A DNA stretch of 64,000 bases from Patescibacteria group bacterium (GCA_038077975.1 JBBUGM010000006.1:4905-68904), one strand, 5' to 3'. Counted from the first letter of the stretch, positions 12,160 to 22,012 are shown. The notes: generated from the letters alone by a model not told the origin. A program made the numbers and translations.

Positions 12160-12831
12160 TTAGTTCTCAACAGGCAGAATGGGCAGAAGAACTCGTTTTA
12201 TATCTTCAAATACTTCGCTTTCCAGCTGATCACCGTTTATGACTACGGTATTATCGCGGAAGAGATCATGTTTCGCCAAGGCGAGGTAGTTCATTCTTAT
12301 CTTCTCCAGCTTTTGCTCTTGCTCGAAAAAATCGCTCTTCTTGATTTTTTTAAATCGCCTCTCAACCCTTGTCATCGCCTTATTTGCTGGCATATCTACG
12401 ACGATGTTCAGATGCGGCCATACAAAAAGCGGACCGATAACCTGTTTGTGCAGCTCTATGAAGTAATCAGCTGACTGATTGTAAAGCATGCCATACGCGA
12501 TGGTCGACATGCAGAATCTATCCATAAGGTACAGTCGTTCGCTGTCTTCTTGTAAAAATGGCCTGATGTAACAGAAGAAATCTTGGGCGCGGTCAATGAC
12601 ATATAGCCGCTGAAATTCGACAGGATTTTCTATCATCGGCACATCGTCTGAAAGCATGTTTCTGATCAATCTGCCAGATGGATTCGATTGATCGTTGGGC
12701 TCGAGAGATCCGGCAGTAAGATACCCTTGCTCTTTAAGCCATGCGAAGATTCGCAAAAACTGAGTGCTTTTCCCCGAGCCGTCGATTCCCTCGAAGGCGA
12801 TCAATTTTCCTTTCATGTCTAGCTCCGGCAT
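12160..12831 (-). CDS. tmk: Thymidylate kinase
   Basis: FEGIDGSGKST P-loop, DR motifs, STIAYG; start at 12831 or 12816. Confidence 0.9.
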   Translation of the reverse strand: MPELDMKGKLIAFEGIDGSGKSTQFLRIFAWLKEQGYLTAGSLEPNDQSNPSGRLIRNMLSDDVPMIENPVEFQRLYVIDRAQDFFCYIRPFLQEDSERLYLMDRFCMSTIAYGMLYNQSADYFIELHKQVIGPLFVWPHLNIVVDMPANKAMTRVERRFKKIKKSDFFEQEQKLEKIRMNYLALAKHDLFRDNTVVINGDQLESEVFEDIKRVLLPILPVEN

Positions 12832-12897
12832 TGAGTTACTATCTGATATTGTCTGCCTACTCCAAAAACTAGTCAATAAAATTCTGTGGACAGTAAG

Positions 12898-14187
12898 CTA
12901 TGCGCTCGATTTCATGACAATGTCCAGCACCTCTTTTGCGGTCTTCGGGTCGCTAAGCTGTTTTCTATATTTCTCCGGCACGCAGATGCGGAGAGCGATG
13001 TACGATTGCGCGACCTCCTCCATGTTTTGGAAATGAGCCGGGTAACGTTCCTTAAGGGAAGAGATGCGGCCGTCCTTGTGGATACGCACGTCTTTTGCCT
13101 GGAATCGTCCCGGGTTGAAGACGGGGACGACGAGTACTGCCGCTTCCGGTATGCCGGCGATATTGGCGATTTTCTTCTCGAGCTCGCCGAGGCCGGCTTG
13201 GTTTTTTTGGTCCAGCGCAGAGGACTTCATAAGTTTTCGGACCTCATCATCCTTAAGGCCGAATGTCGCAATCGCCTTATCGTTCGCCGTGCCGAGGTTG
13301 GCGAATTTTTCCGGGCGGATGACTATCGCCTCGCGGAAAAGCTCGCGGCGTTTGAGCATGTCATAGAGTTCCTGGACGACGGGATTTTTTGAAAGGCGCA
13401 TGATGCCCAGGAGTTCCGAGTCGGTGAGAGTCGGCAGGTCTTTCTTTGTGATCTCGCCAGCCAAGAGCAGATAATAAACAGTTTTTTGGAACATACGCTG
13501 GGCGATGGCCGAGGTTTTCCTTAAGTAGACGTTTTTATACATTTTGAGGTAGAAATTTTGCGCCTCGATGGCATTGTCGACGACTTTCTCGTCAATCGCG
13601 AGCTCGCCGTCTATAAAGTATATGTGCTCACGCAGGTAATCTATGCCGCTCGGCCGCGAAAGAATGGTCGCGAGTCCGTCGCGTTCAAGGTAATCGAGTT
13701 TTTCCGTGCCGAGATTTTTGTCGTGCACAGCGAGATAGAGCGGATTTTCATGCCTGGCCATCGACTCCAGTAGTTCGTAGTTGATACCGGCCTCTTCGAT
13801 CGCGCCGCGCAGGCCCCTTATGATCTCAAGGCCCAAGGCGTCGTTGTCTTTGTCGCAGAGGTCCTCGACGACGTGTGAAAAAGCGGGGTGGCCGATGTCG
13901 TGGTAGAGAGCGTAGCCGGAAAGTGCGTCCGCCTCGTCTTCTTTTATAAATCCAAGTTCCAGCCAGCGGTCGGCAAGCTTGCGCGTGGCGTGGTAGGCGC
14001 CCAAGGAATGGGCCTTCCTTGTGTGCGTTGCCGAAGGGAATGTGAGGTAAGACATGCCGAGCTGGCGCTTGTCGCCAAGCGCCTGGAATTCTTGAGTTTC
14101 CATCATGGGCAAAACGGGGCGGATGTCTATAATGCCGTAGATCGGGTCGGCAACAACTTTAGGAGCGCTGATTTGCCTTTTCTTCAT
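12898..14187 (-). CDS. HD-domain phosphohydrolase (YdhJ/SAMHD1-like dNTPase family)
   Basis: DPIYG, RQLG, HTR..HSLG, HDIGH.AFSH, LDYLERD, MYKNVY. Confidence 0.85.
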   Translation of the reverse strand: MKKRQISAPKVVADPIYGIIDIRPVLPMMETQEFQALGDKRQLGMSYLTFPSATHTRKAHSLGAYHATRKLADRWLELGFIKEDEADALSGYALYHDIGHPAFSHVVEDLCDKDNDALGLEIIRGLRGAIEEAGINYELLESMARHENPLYLAVHDKNLGTEKLDYLERDGLATILSRPSGIDYLREHIYFIDGELAIDEKVVDNAIEAQNFYLKMYKNVYLRKTSAIAQRMFQKTVYYLLLAGEITKKDLPTLTDSELLGIMRLSKNPVVQELYDMLKRRELFREAIVIRPEKFANLGTANDKAIATFGLKDDEVRKLMKSSALDQKNQAGLGELEKKIANIAGIPEAAVLVVPVFNPGRFQAKDVRIHKDGRISSLKERYPAHFQNMEEVAQSYIALRICVPEKYRKQLSDPKTAKEVLDIVMKSSA

Positions 14188-14274
14188 TTGTCGACTTTAG
14201 TATAAAACATATTTACTGCCGAGTCAATTTTGCGCCTCGCAAACGATTTTAGATTTGCATATAATAAATTCACG

Positions 14275-15732
14275 ATGCAGTATTCGCCAACAATCGGCCT
14301 TGAGATACACGCGGAGCTCAAGACGCGGACAAAGATGTTCTGCGATTCTTTGAATGACCCGAATGAGAAGCACCCGAACACGAATGTTTGCCCGGTTTGT
14401 TTGGGGCATCCGGGTACGCTTCCCACGATAAATAAAGATGCCGTCCGGCACGTTCTTAAAGTCGGCCTAGCTTTGGGCGGGAAGATAAATCCGGTCACGA
14501 AATTCGACCGCAAGAATTATTTTTACCCCGACCTGCCGAAGGGATACCAAATTTCGCAATACGACCAGCCGCTTGTTTTGGGCGGGACTTTGAATGGTGT
14601 GCGCATAACAAGGGTGCATTTAGAGGAAGACACCGGTACATTAATACACCATGACAATAACGATGACAATGACAGAAAAAACAAAAGTCATAGTCATGGT
14701 CAAAAGTCATCGTACAGCCTTGTTGATTACAACAGGGCTGGAACCCCGCTTATGGAGCTTGTAACCGAGCCAGACTTGAAGTCGGCCGAAGAGGTCGTTG
14801 CTTTCGCAAAAGAGCTTCAGCTTATTTTGCGCTATCTCGGAGTTTCCGATGCCGACATGGAAAAAGGGCAGATGAGGATAGAAGCAAACGTGAGTATTAA
14901 CATGGGTACGAAAACGGAGCTCAAAAATATCAATTCGTTCAAGTTCGCCAAAGATGCGATCGAATACGAGATAAAGCGGCAGATCGAGGCCATGGAGGGC
15001 GGCCATGAGATTCGACAGGAAACTCGTGGCTGGGACGAAGCGAAGAAAAAAACCGTGAGCCAGCGCTCCAAAGAAGAAGCGCACGATTACCGCTATTTCC
15101 CCGAGCCGGATCTGCCGCCTTTCGAAACCGGCGCCTTTGATTTAGATAAATTACGGGTGGAAGTGCCGGAACTGCCGCAGGCGAAGCGAGCGCGCTTTAA
15201 AGAAGAATATGGGATCGACGAAAAGAAGGCGATGCTTTTGGCCGACGACCAAAAAACAGCAGAGTTTTTCGAGGAATATATTTCCGAACTCCAGAGTTTT
15301 TTGCCCGGAGCGAAGCCGGGCACAGGCGTGGATTATATTTTGAATGACCTCCGCGGCTTAATGGCCGAGTCCGGAGTGAATTTTGCCGATCTTAAAATCG
15401 AACCGGAGCACATTGCTCATCTCGAGGCCTTAATAAAAAAAGGCACGATTGGCAGCCGGCAGGCGAAAGACGTGCTCAAAAAAATGTTCGAAATCGGCGC
15501 CGACCCCGAGGACATCGTCCGTGACGAAGGGCTCGCCACGGTGAAGGACGAAGGCGAGATCAAATCCGTTATTGAAAGCGTCATTGTGGAAAATCCTTCC
15601 GCCGTCGCCGACTACAAAAAAGGCAAGGCGCAGGCGCTGCAGTTCTTGGTTGGCAAGGCGATGAGCAAGTTAAAGGGCAGGGGAGACCCCGGAAAGTTAA
15701 AAGAGATTCTTGAAAAGGCGCTAACGCAGTAG
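14275..15732 (+). CDS. gatB: Asp/Glu-tRNA amidotransferase subunit B
   Basis: IGLEIHAEL, FDRKNYFYPDLPKGYQISQ, DYNRAGTPLMELVTEP, YRYFPEPDLP. Confidence 0.97.
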   Translation: MQYSPTIGLEIHAELKTRTKMFCDSLNDPNEKHPNTNVCPVCLGHPGTLPTINKDAVRHVLKVGLALGGKINPVTKFDRKNYFYPDLPKGYQISQYDQPLVLGGTLNGVRITRVHLEEDTGTLIHHDNNDDNDRKNKSHSHGQKSSYSLVDYNRAGTPLMELVTEPDLKSAEEVVAFAKELQLILRYLGVSDADMEKGQMRIEANVSINMGTKTELKNINSFKFAKDAIEYEIKRQIEAMEGGHEIRQETRGWDEAKKKTVSQRSKEEAHDYRYFPEPDLPPFETGAFDLDKLRVEVPELPQAKRARFKEEYGIDEKKAMLLADDQKTAEFFEEYISELQSFLPGAKPGTGVDYILNDLRGLMAESGVNFADLKIEPEHIAHLEALIKKGTIGSRQAKDVLKKMFEIGADPEDIVRDEGLATVKDEGEIKSVIESVIVENPSAVADYKKGKAQALQFLVGKAMSKLKGRGDPGKLKEILEKALTQ

Positions 15733-15744
15733 TATGATGAGCGT

Positions 15745-16068
15745 ATGGCAAAAACAGCAGCTTCAAGCCCCATAACAGCGAAAGAAATAGTTGGCGTCAT
15801 ACTCCGCGACTACGGGCCGGTTGAAAAAGTTATTTTGTTTGGTTCGCGAGCAAGGGGGAATGCCGACGAATCAAGCGATCTCGACCTGATTGTCGTGAAG
15901 AATACCGACAAGCCGTTTGTACGACGATTGGTTGACGCCCCTTATTTTTCAATCCACTCCGACATATTTGTTTACACGCCCAAAGAATTTGAACAAATGC
16001 AAGAAAATGAGAACCCTTTTGTAATGAACGCGCTTGAGCACGGAGTTGTGTTGTATCCCGCGTCTTAA
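15745..16068 (+). CDS. Minimal nucleotidyltransferase (MNT) antitoxin
   Basis: LFGSRARG....SDLDLIVV motif. Confidence 0.9.
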   Translation: MAKTAASSPITAKEIVGVILRDYGPVEKVILFGSRARGNADESSDLDLIVVKNTDKPFVRRLVDAPYFSIHSDIFVYTPKEFEQMQENENPFVMNALEHGVVLYPAS

Positions 16069-16069
16069 C

Positions 16070-16480
16070 ATGAAAAATTCTTTTCTAAACGCTCGCCGCT
16101 GGCTGAGGCAGGCTGAATACGACTTTGAACAGGCAGAAAAATCATTTGACGACAAGTCGTACGCCTACGCCGCATTTTTCAGTGAGCAATCGGCACAAAA
16201 ATCACTAAAGGCAGCGCTTTTTAAGAGCGGGAAGCGGGCTATCACGATTCACTCGATTGCGGAACTGGCAAAAGAAGCCGCTGCTGTTGCGGACAAATCA
16301 TTTGCGGAACTTGTTGAAAGCGGCGCGCGGCTCGACAGGCACTACCTTGCCGCGCGTTACCCCGACGCTCTGCCCGAACCAGCCACCCCCTTCGAATCTT
16401 ATGTCGAACAAGACGCGGCAGAGGCGATAGCGTTTGCCCGCAAGATTCTCTCGGCCGCAAAGAAGTTTGTCGAGCGATAA
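16070..16480 (+). CDS. HEPN-domain protein (partner of MNT)
   Basis: WLRQAEYD, F.SEQSAQKSLKA, HSI..L, Y..ARYPD. Confidence 0.88.
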   Translation: MKNSFLNARRWLRQAEYDFEQAEKSFDDKSYAYAAFFSEQSAQKSLKAALFKSGKRAITIHSIAELAKEAAAVADKSFAELVESGARLDRHYLAARYPDALPEPATPFESYVEQDAAEAIAFARKILSAAKKFVER

Positions 16481-16500
16481 CGGCGTTTTCGCCAACCGGA

Positions 16501-16632
16501 GCCGCCGCCGACTACAAAAAAGGCAAAGCGCAGGCCTTGCAATTCTTAGTGGGCAAGGCGATGAGCAAGTTAAAGGGCAGGGGAGACCCGGAGAAGTTGA
16601 GGGAATTACTAAAGAAACAGCTGGGGACATAG
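16501..16632 (+). pseudogene. Orphan second copy of gatB 3' end (43 codons plus stop)
   Basis: Ungapped match to 15601-15732 at +900 bp. Confidence 0.9.
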
Positions 16633-16709
16633 TTGCGAGAGAAAATAACTTGGCAAAAACCTAAAGAGCACTAGAATGTGTTTAGAAGCTTTGAGCGGAG
16701 GGATGTAAG

Positions 16710-17045
16710 ATGGGCCTTCGATCTTGGTTGAGTAAGCACGTGGAAGAATTCCGAGTTGAACCCGAACCCGAGTGCGGACACGAAGTTCCATGTCTTTGCG
16801 ACAGCTATTTGCAGGGTCTCTCCTATGAGCAATTACTCAGATTGCGCGTAGGATACAGCATTGTTGTTCTTCCAGATCACTTTCAAAAGTCGCCGACATT
16901 GGCTGCGATTCCGATTATCATTGAGGGAGACGGCGCACCGGAAAATCCCCGAACTGAATTCAGGCGCGCCAAAAACGAAGCGAAATTGGCATGCGCGAAA
17001 ATAGACAGAGTTCTTCACGATAAGTTCAGAGTGATTTTCGTTTGA
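16710..17045 (+). CDS. Hypothetical protein with CGHxxxCxC motif
   Basis: GGAGGG SD upstream, hairpin downstream. Confidence 0.6.
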   Translation: MGLRSWLSKHVEEFRVEPEPECGHEVPCLCDSYLQGLSYEQLLRLRVGYSIVVLPDHFQKSPTLAAIPIIIEGDGAPENPRTEFRRAKNEAKLACAKIDRVLHDKFRVIFV

Positions 17046-17058
17046 AGGTCGAATATTC

Positions 17059-17086
17059 ATGGCTACGGCAACAACCGTAGCCATTT
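17059..17086 (+). terminator. Putative terminator hairpin
   Basis: ATGGCTACGG-caacaa-CCGTAGCCAT, weak U-tract. Confidence 0.5.
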
Positions 17087-17168
17087 AGCTTATAAACGTT
17101 TGCCTTGCCTTTTGCGCGTCAGAGTGTAGCATCTAATCAGGAGCTTTGATACATTGAGGAGGTTAGCC

Positions 17169-17876
17169 GTGAAATTCCCGCATACGATAATTGATGCAGG
17201 CAGGGAGCGCCTTCAATCCTTTGAGGAATCTCTGAAAAAGATTAATCTTGCCGCTAGGGCGTCGCCGGATCGCCATGTTAAAACAGGGACGACCGTTGTG
17301 GCCTTTGTTAGTAAAGACGGACAAGTCGGCGTTATCGCGTCTGACGGTCGCATTTCGATGGGGACAATTTCTTTTAAGGAGGAATACAGGAAAATTTTCT
17401 CCTGTCGTATCGGCTTCGTCGGTGTTGCCGGTTCGTTGACCATGGTTCAGTTGGTCATGCCGAACTACAGATTGGACCTGAATAACTTTTGCGACGGGAG
17501 AAATCGTCTTGTTACCGCATCTGGCGCGGTCCACCGGCTTTTCCAGTATTATTTGCGTGCCGCACAACAGGAGGAAGGACAACTTGAATTACTGCCGCTT
17601 TTTTGGGATTTTGAAGAGAAGCAGTGCCGACTCTACGCGCTAGCGGGAATGTGTCACGTGAGAATGAATCACGCATGTGCGATCGGAAGCGGTGTTGGAG
17701 TAAATGGGCTGGATATTGACCGGCAATATACTCCGACGAATTCCAAAAGCCGTCTTATCGCCAATGCGCGCAAGTACATCATAAGGGCGTCTGCTAAAGA
17801 CGGCGCCACAAATCGCCACATTTTCTATGGAATTATAGATAAAGGGAAATTTGACGAAAAGGAGGAGGTGCTCTGA
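17169..17876 (+). CDS. prcB: 20S proteasome beta subunit (Ntn hydrolase) with propeptide
   Basis: KTG|TTVVA processing site (Thr1 codon at 17289), ASDGR, RKIF, GVAGS, AIGSG, KDGAT; GTG start 6 nt after GAGGAGG. Confidence 0.85.
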   Translation: MKFPHTIIDAGRERLQSFEESLKKINLAARASPDRHVKTGTTVVAFVSKDGQVGVIASDGRISMGTISFKEEYRKIFSCRIGFVGVAGSLTMVQLVMPNYRLDLNNFCDGRNRLVTASGAVHRLFQYYLRAAQQEEGQLELLPLFWDFEEKQCRLYALAGMCHVRMNHACAIGSGVGVNGLDIDRQYTPTNSKSRLIANARKYIIRASAKDGATNRHIFYGIIDKGKFDEKEEVL

Positions 17877-18619
17877 TGACCGGACTAGGCAGAGTGAACT
17901 ACGGCGCGTTTCTTGCGGACAAGAGAGCAGAGATTCTCAAACATTTGGAAGGATCTTTGCCGACAGTGATTGTCCCGACGTCAAGGGGCATCTATGTTTT
18001 TGCCGAGGAAATTGCTAAGGTCCATTCCACGATTTTGATCGCAGGCGCCGGAAGAATGCTTCCGTCCATTGCCGATTGGTATCGTGCCCAGATGACAGAC
18101 ATGGTTCAGGGCTGGAGTCCGCGCGAACCGAAAGCAAGCGCCGATGTCAATCTTCTGCAGCAGATTTTTTATCCGAACCTGAGCGTAGTGCCTGATGTTT
18201 TTCTGGCGGACCTTGTTCTTGTAGAAATTGGCGCGCAGAGAAGCAGCGACTACATTGCCCGCGTTGACGCTTTTTGCGAAATGAGCGATTTGAGCGACGA
18301 GAAAGTCGTCATAGTAAGTTATAGGGTCAGAAAAGAAAATGGCCACAACGATGACGAGAGCGTCGACGAGCCCGATACCCCATTATCAATAGAGGCCAGA
18401 AAGCAAGCGGAGGATGCCGTTAAAGCCGAGCGCGAAAACGAACTTAGATCTGAATTTTTAGATCTAGGCATGGCTTTGCCGGATAACATGGAAGAACGGC
18501 AAGGGGGAAAGGCAGGCCTTCTCAAGGCCCTAGAGGAGCAATATCCCGGTAAAGCCGTTTTACTCAGGCGCGATTTTGTCAGAAAAAAGGAGTTTGACTG
18601 GGTTTTTGAACCCCTGTGA
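17876..18619 (+). CDS. prcA: Divergent 20S proteasome alpha subunit
   Basis: Translationally coupled to beta (TGATG); by-eye similarity to actinobacterial PrcA (GIYVFAE...IAGAG, DLVLVEIG, IARVD). Confidence 0.68.
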   Translation: MTGLGRVNYGAFLADKRAEILKHLEGSLPTVIVPTSRGIYVFAEEIAKVHSTILIAGAGRMLPSIADWYRAQMTDMVQGWSPREPKASADVNLLQQIFYPNLSVVPDVFLADLVLVEIGAQRSSDYIARVDAFCEMSDLSDEKVVIVSYRVRKENGHNDDESVDEPDTPLSIEARKQAEDAVKAERENELRSEFLDLGMALPDNMEERQGGKAGLLKALEEQYPGKAVLLRRDFVRKKEFDWVFEPL

Positions 18620-18628
18620 TAGTTTGTG

Positions 18629-18658
18629 CGGGCCCTCTTTTCGGGCCCGTTCTTTTTT
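18629..18658 (+). terminator. Intrinsic terminator
   Basis: CGGGCCC..GGGCCCG plus T-tract. Confidence 0.75.
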
Positions 18659-18706
18659 GTTAGTATTGTGTTAGATGTTTGAACGCTTTGGTTATGGGAG
18701 GATGTG

Positions 18707-20389
18707 ATGCCGAGAGAAAATCCCGAAAGACAGCCGGAACTTAGCGCCCAAGAACTTTTGAATCGGCTGCGAAACTGCGAAGATGCATATGCCCGATCCG
18801 CTAGCGCGAACGATAAATTGGCCGAGTTGATTTTTAAACTTGCCCCGTTTAGAGAGCCGCCATACAGCTTGGCAGTTTTCGTTTCTCTGTCCGATATAAA
18901 CGACGGCAGGGAAGAAGGACTAAGAAGATCGCTCGCGTCGCTGGGGGTCGATTCACCCACGGACGGTTTTTCGAAGTGCTATCTTTTGCTGAATAACGGC
19001 GCCATGGCGATCGGCACGGTTGAAGATGAATTAGGAAGAGGCCTCAAGTCGGGACAAGTGGTTCTTGTAAGCGGCAACATGGGGGTTGTGGCCGCGGTTC
19101 CGGACGAAGAAATCAGGCATCTTAAAAGTGTTACGGTAGCGACCATCGAGCAAGTTGTGGACGATTTTATCCTGATTGACGACGGCGCCGGATATCGAGG
19201 CGGAGGCGTTGTTCTTTCTCCTCGTCTCCGGGAAGAGTTGGGGCGTAAACCTCTTGAGAACGGCGACAAAGTTCTGCTTTTTGGGAAATGTATTTTGCGC
19301 GTGCTTGAGAGACAGGAAAAGCGTATAGGTACGCTCGAGAAGGTGACGTTTGAGGATATCGGCGGCCTGGAAAAACAGGCGCAGGAAATCCGCGACCTTT
19401 TGGGCCTCGATTTCTCCGAGGAGCTTAAGCTCAAAATGAACAGAGAGTTTCCGCGGGGGGCGGTCCTTTACGGACCTCCCGGAAACGGCAAGACCCTACT
19501 TGCCCAAGTTTTGGGCAATGAGCTCGGATTTTTCATCGAGCTTGTCAGCGGTCCGGAAATAGAGAGTATGTGGGTTGGCGAAGGGCCGAAAATGATGAGA
19601 GCGAAGTTCGGGAGAGCCTATAAGAACAGGCCGTCTCTTCTGGTTTTTGACGAAGCTGATGTTCTTTTCCCGGTCCGCGGCGCCTCCGTTAGTGAGGGAT
19701 ACAAAACAGATTACCTTGCGCAGTTCAACGTTCTTATGCAGGGAGTTGAGAGTACCGCAGGCGTTTTCGTGCTTTTGCTGACGAATCGAGTTGACCGCAT
19801 TGATCCGGCAGCCATTCGAGCTGGGCGCGCGGATAAGAAAATTTTCATACCGCGTCCCGGTATGGACGGAGCCAAAAAAATCTTCTCGATCCATCTTAGG
19901 CGCTATCCTTTTGCCGGCGCGGATGACGATAAAACGAAAAGAAATCTCATGCGCGGACTTGCAGAGAAAGTGATCGAGGCAGTTTTCAGACGCGGGTCGG
20001 ATACACATCTTTTTACGGCTTTTCGCGGAACGGACGAGACAAGGTATTACATCAGAGATTTCGTTTCCGGAGCGCTGTTCAAAAATATAGCGGACGAGAT
20101 TTCTTTGCGCGCGATGAAGCGCCTTAAAGAGGATGGCACGGAAGCAGATTCTCCGCAGTGCGGTATCACAGAGATAGATGCGGACGGCGTTGCTGCCCAG
20201 GCGATCAGTAATGAGATACCGCGCGACGACGATTCGAGAAATCAATGGCTTTTAACGAACGGATATAAACCGGCAGACACATTTAGAAACGGTCCGGCTC
20301 TCGAGGACGAGAAAGAGCTGGCAAATCGCAGAAAAGTTATGATCCGCAGGCATGCAGTGAGGAAAACAAAGAAAAAGAGGCCCTCGTAA
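18707..20389 (+). CDS. arc: Proteasome-associated AAA ATPase (ARC/Mpa-like)
   Basis: N-terminal coiled coil plus EPP, two OB-like segments, DIGGL, GPPGNGKT, WVGEG pore loop, VFDEAD, RAGR, ARC-typical RDFVSGA. Confidence 0.85.
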   Translation: MPRENPERQPELSAQELLNRLRNCEDAYARSASANDKLAELIFKLAPFREPPYSLAVFVSLSDINDGREEGLRRSLASLGVDSPTDGFSKCYLLLNNGAMAIGTVEDELGRGLKSGQVVLVSGNMGVVAAVPDEEIRHLKSVTVATIEQVVDDFILIDDGAGYRGGGVVLSPRLREELGRKPLENGDKVLLFGKCILRVLERQEKRIGTLEKVTFEDIGGLEKQAQEIRDLLGLDFSEELKLKMNREFPRGAVLYGPPGNGKTLLAQVLGNELGFFIELVSGPEIESMWVGEGPKMMRAKFGRAYKNRPSLLVFDEADVLFPVRGASVSEGYKTDYLAQFNVLMQGVESTAGVFVLLLTNRVDRIDPAAIRAGRADKKIFIPRPGMDGAKKIFSIHLRRYPFAGADDDKTKRNLMRGLAEKVIEAVFRRGSDTHLFTAFRGTDETRYYIRDFVSGALFKNIADEISLRAMKRLKEDGTEADSPQCGITEIDADGVAAQAISNEIPRDDDSRNQWLLTNGYKPADTFRNGPALEDEKELANRRKVMIRRHAVRKTKKKRPS

Positions 20390-20408
20390 TGGGGGCCTCC
20401 TTTTATTT
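20377..20408 (+). terminator. Intrinsic terminator
   Basis: GAGGCCC..GGGCCTC plus T-tract. Confidence 0.7.
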
Positions 20409-20458
20409 GCGGCAATGCCTTATAATGCAGATAGCATATTGATTCTAAGGAGAATAAG

Positions 20459-22000
20459 ATGGCGCTGATCATGGGTTCGGAAACGGAATTTGGACTGACT
20501 TCGCGCGGCAGAGCTGGCATCCACGATTTTTTATTCGAAATCGACAAACAGCGCGGCCCGGCGTTTACTTCAAGAAAAAGCGGTGAAGTTGCCGAGGCGG
20601 CAAAAAAATTGAATTGGTGGGGCGAGGATCTGTCTTTTGACGAAACAGTTGATAAGCGTGCGGGATTTGCGGATGTCGCTAGGCGCCTTGGCATGAGTGG
20701 AGATTATTTAAGCAACGGAGCTCGTTTTTACAGAGATTGCGGCCACCTGGAGTATTCTACGCCTGAATGCCGTAATCCGTGGGAATTGGTCGCTTACGAA
20801 AAGGCCGGCGAGGAGATCGTGCGTTTATGCGTCGCTCGCGCCGCGGAACGCCTCGGTTCGAAAGCAGATTTACTCAAAAGAAATGCCGATTATCATGACA
20901 GTTCTTACGCGTGTCATGCCAACTATCTTCTAAGCAGAAAGCTGTTCAATCTTCTGGTCCCGAGTTTTGATGTTGAAACCTTGGGAGCATCGGACTTTTT
21001 GAGTCGCGAGCAGGCCATTTGGACCGCGCACAACATCAGTATGCAGATATTTGCTGGCGCAGGGAGGATTGTCCCCGGCATTGCATGGCCGGATTGCTTT
21101 ATTCCTTCGCAGCGGCAGAAATTCATTACCCACTTTGCCGCCCTAGATACAACTCATGCGCGCAGTATCATTAATACCCGCGATAGACCCTATGCCGATC
21201 CGTCTCGGTTTGCGAGATTGCATGTAATTTGCTGCGACAGCAACAGGGCTGATTGGTCGAATATCTTGAAGTACGGCACGTCGTCCCTGGTTTTGGGAGC
21301 GCTTGAGGACTTCGCGGCATTAGAGAACGAAAGTTACGGTTATCTTACGCCGGCAAACGCGGTGCAAAGCTTCAGAAATCTCAAAGATAGAAATAGCCAG
21401 ATTGAAACTTCTGCTGGAATAATTACCGCTCTCGATATGCAGAGAAAAATCCTTGAATTTGCGGCTAATTGGCACCAAAAGCACGGGAAGCCCGGGTATG
21501 AATGGGCGCCGCTCCTTTTTGCCATGTGGAAAGAAATTCTTGATCTACTTGAGAGAGATGACGAAAAGTTGCGTATGCTACTCGATCGATATATCAAACA
21601 GAGGGTTTTTGAAAAAGGGTTTGGCAGTTCAGATCAAAACTCCCGGACGTTAAAGTCGTTAGAGCACAACTATCATCTCGTAGATCACAACTCTCTTTTC
21701 GGCCGATTAGAGAAGGAAGGACACGTTGATGTTGTTGTCGGGAGCGACGACGTAGAAGCGGCTTTTGCTTCTCCGCCGCCCACAAGAGCCAGCCTTCGTT
21801 GCAGATTACTCCGGTTTTTAAAGAAAAGATTCGAAGATGGTCGCGGGGTTGTGTCTTGGCACTCTTTGGGCTTCACCGATGGTCGCAGGAAAGTTTTTAT
21901 TTCACTTCCTGACCCTGCGTCAAGCCGCGCACATGAAATTTCCGAAGAGAAAAGTTCGTTTTCAGAGAGATTATTTTCTCGCAAAAGGATCTGGGGTTAA
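20459..22000 (+). CDS. dop: Depupylase/deamidase Dop-like protein
   Basis: GSETEFG, Trp-containing Dop-loop-like insert, NGARFYRDCGHLEYSTPEC, KAGE, IINTRD, RLHVI. Confidence 0.8.
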   Translation: MALIMGSETEFGLTSRGRAGIHDFLFEIDKQRGPAFTSRKSGEVAEAAKKLNWWGEDLSFDETVDKRAGFADVARRLGMSGDYLSNGARFYRDCGHLEYSTPECRNPWELVAYEKAGEEIVRLCVARAAERLGSKADLLKRNADYHDSSYACHANYLLSRKLFNLLVPSFDVETLGASDFLSREQAIWTAHNISMQIFAGAGRIVPGIAWPDCFIPSQRQKFITHFAALDTTHARSIINTRDRPYADPSRFARLHVICCDSNRADWSNILKYGTSSLVLGALEDFAALENESYGYLTPANAVQSFRNLKDRNSQIETSAGIITALDMQRKILEFAANWHQKHGKPGYEWAPLLFAMWKEILDLLERDDEKLRMLLDRYIKQRVFEKGFGSSDQNSRTLKSLEHNYHLVDHNSLFGRLEKEGHVDVVVGSDDVEAAFASPPPTRASLRCRLLRFLKKRFEDGRGVVSWHSLGFTDGRRKVFISLPDPASSRAHEISEEKSSFSERLFSRKRIWG

Positions 22001-22012
22001 AGGAGGCGAACG

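Noticed and set aside
16434-16664. 76-aa ORF after the HEPN gene
   Set aside because: Off-frame reading of the orphan gatB end.
17169-17876. HslV or Anbu as the identity of the Ntn protease
   Set aside because: A 40-aa propeptide plus adjacent alpha-like, ARC, Dop and PafA genes fit a 20S beta subunit; there is no hslU.
18707-20389. FtsH or Cdc48
   Set aside because: No TM or HExxH domain and a single AAA module; ARC-type N-domain and DFVSGA motif present.
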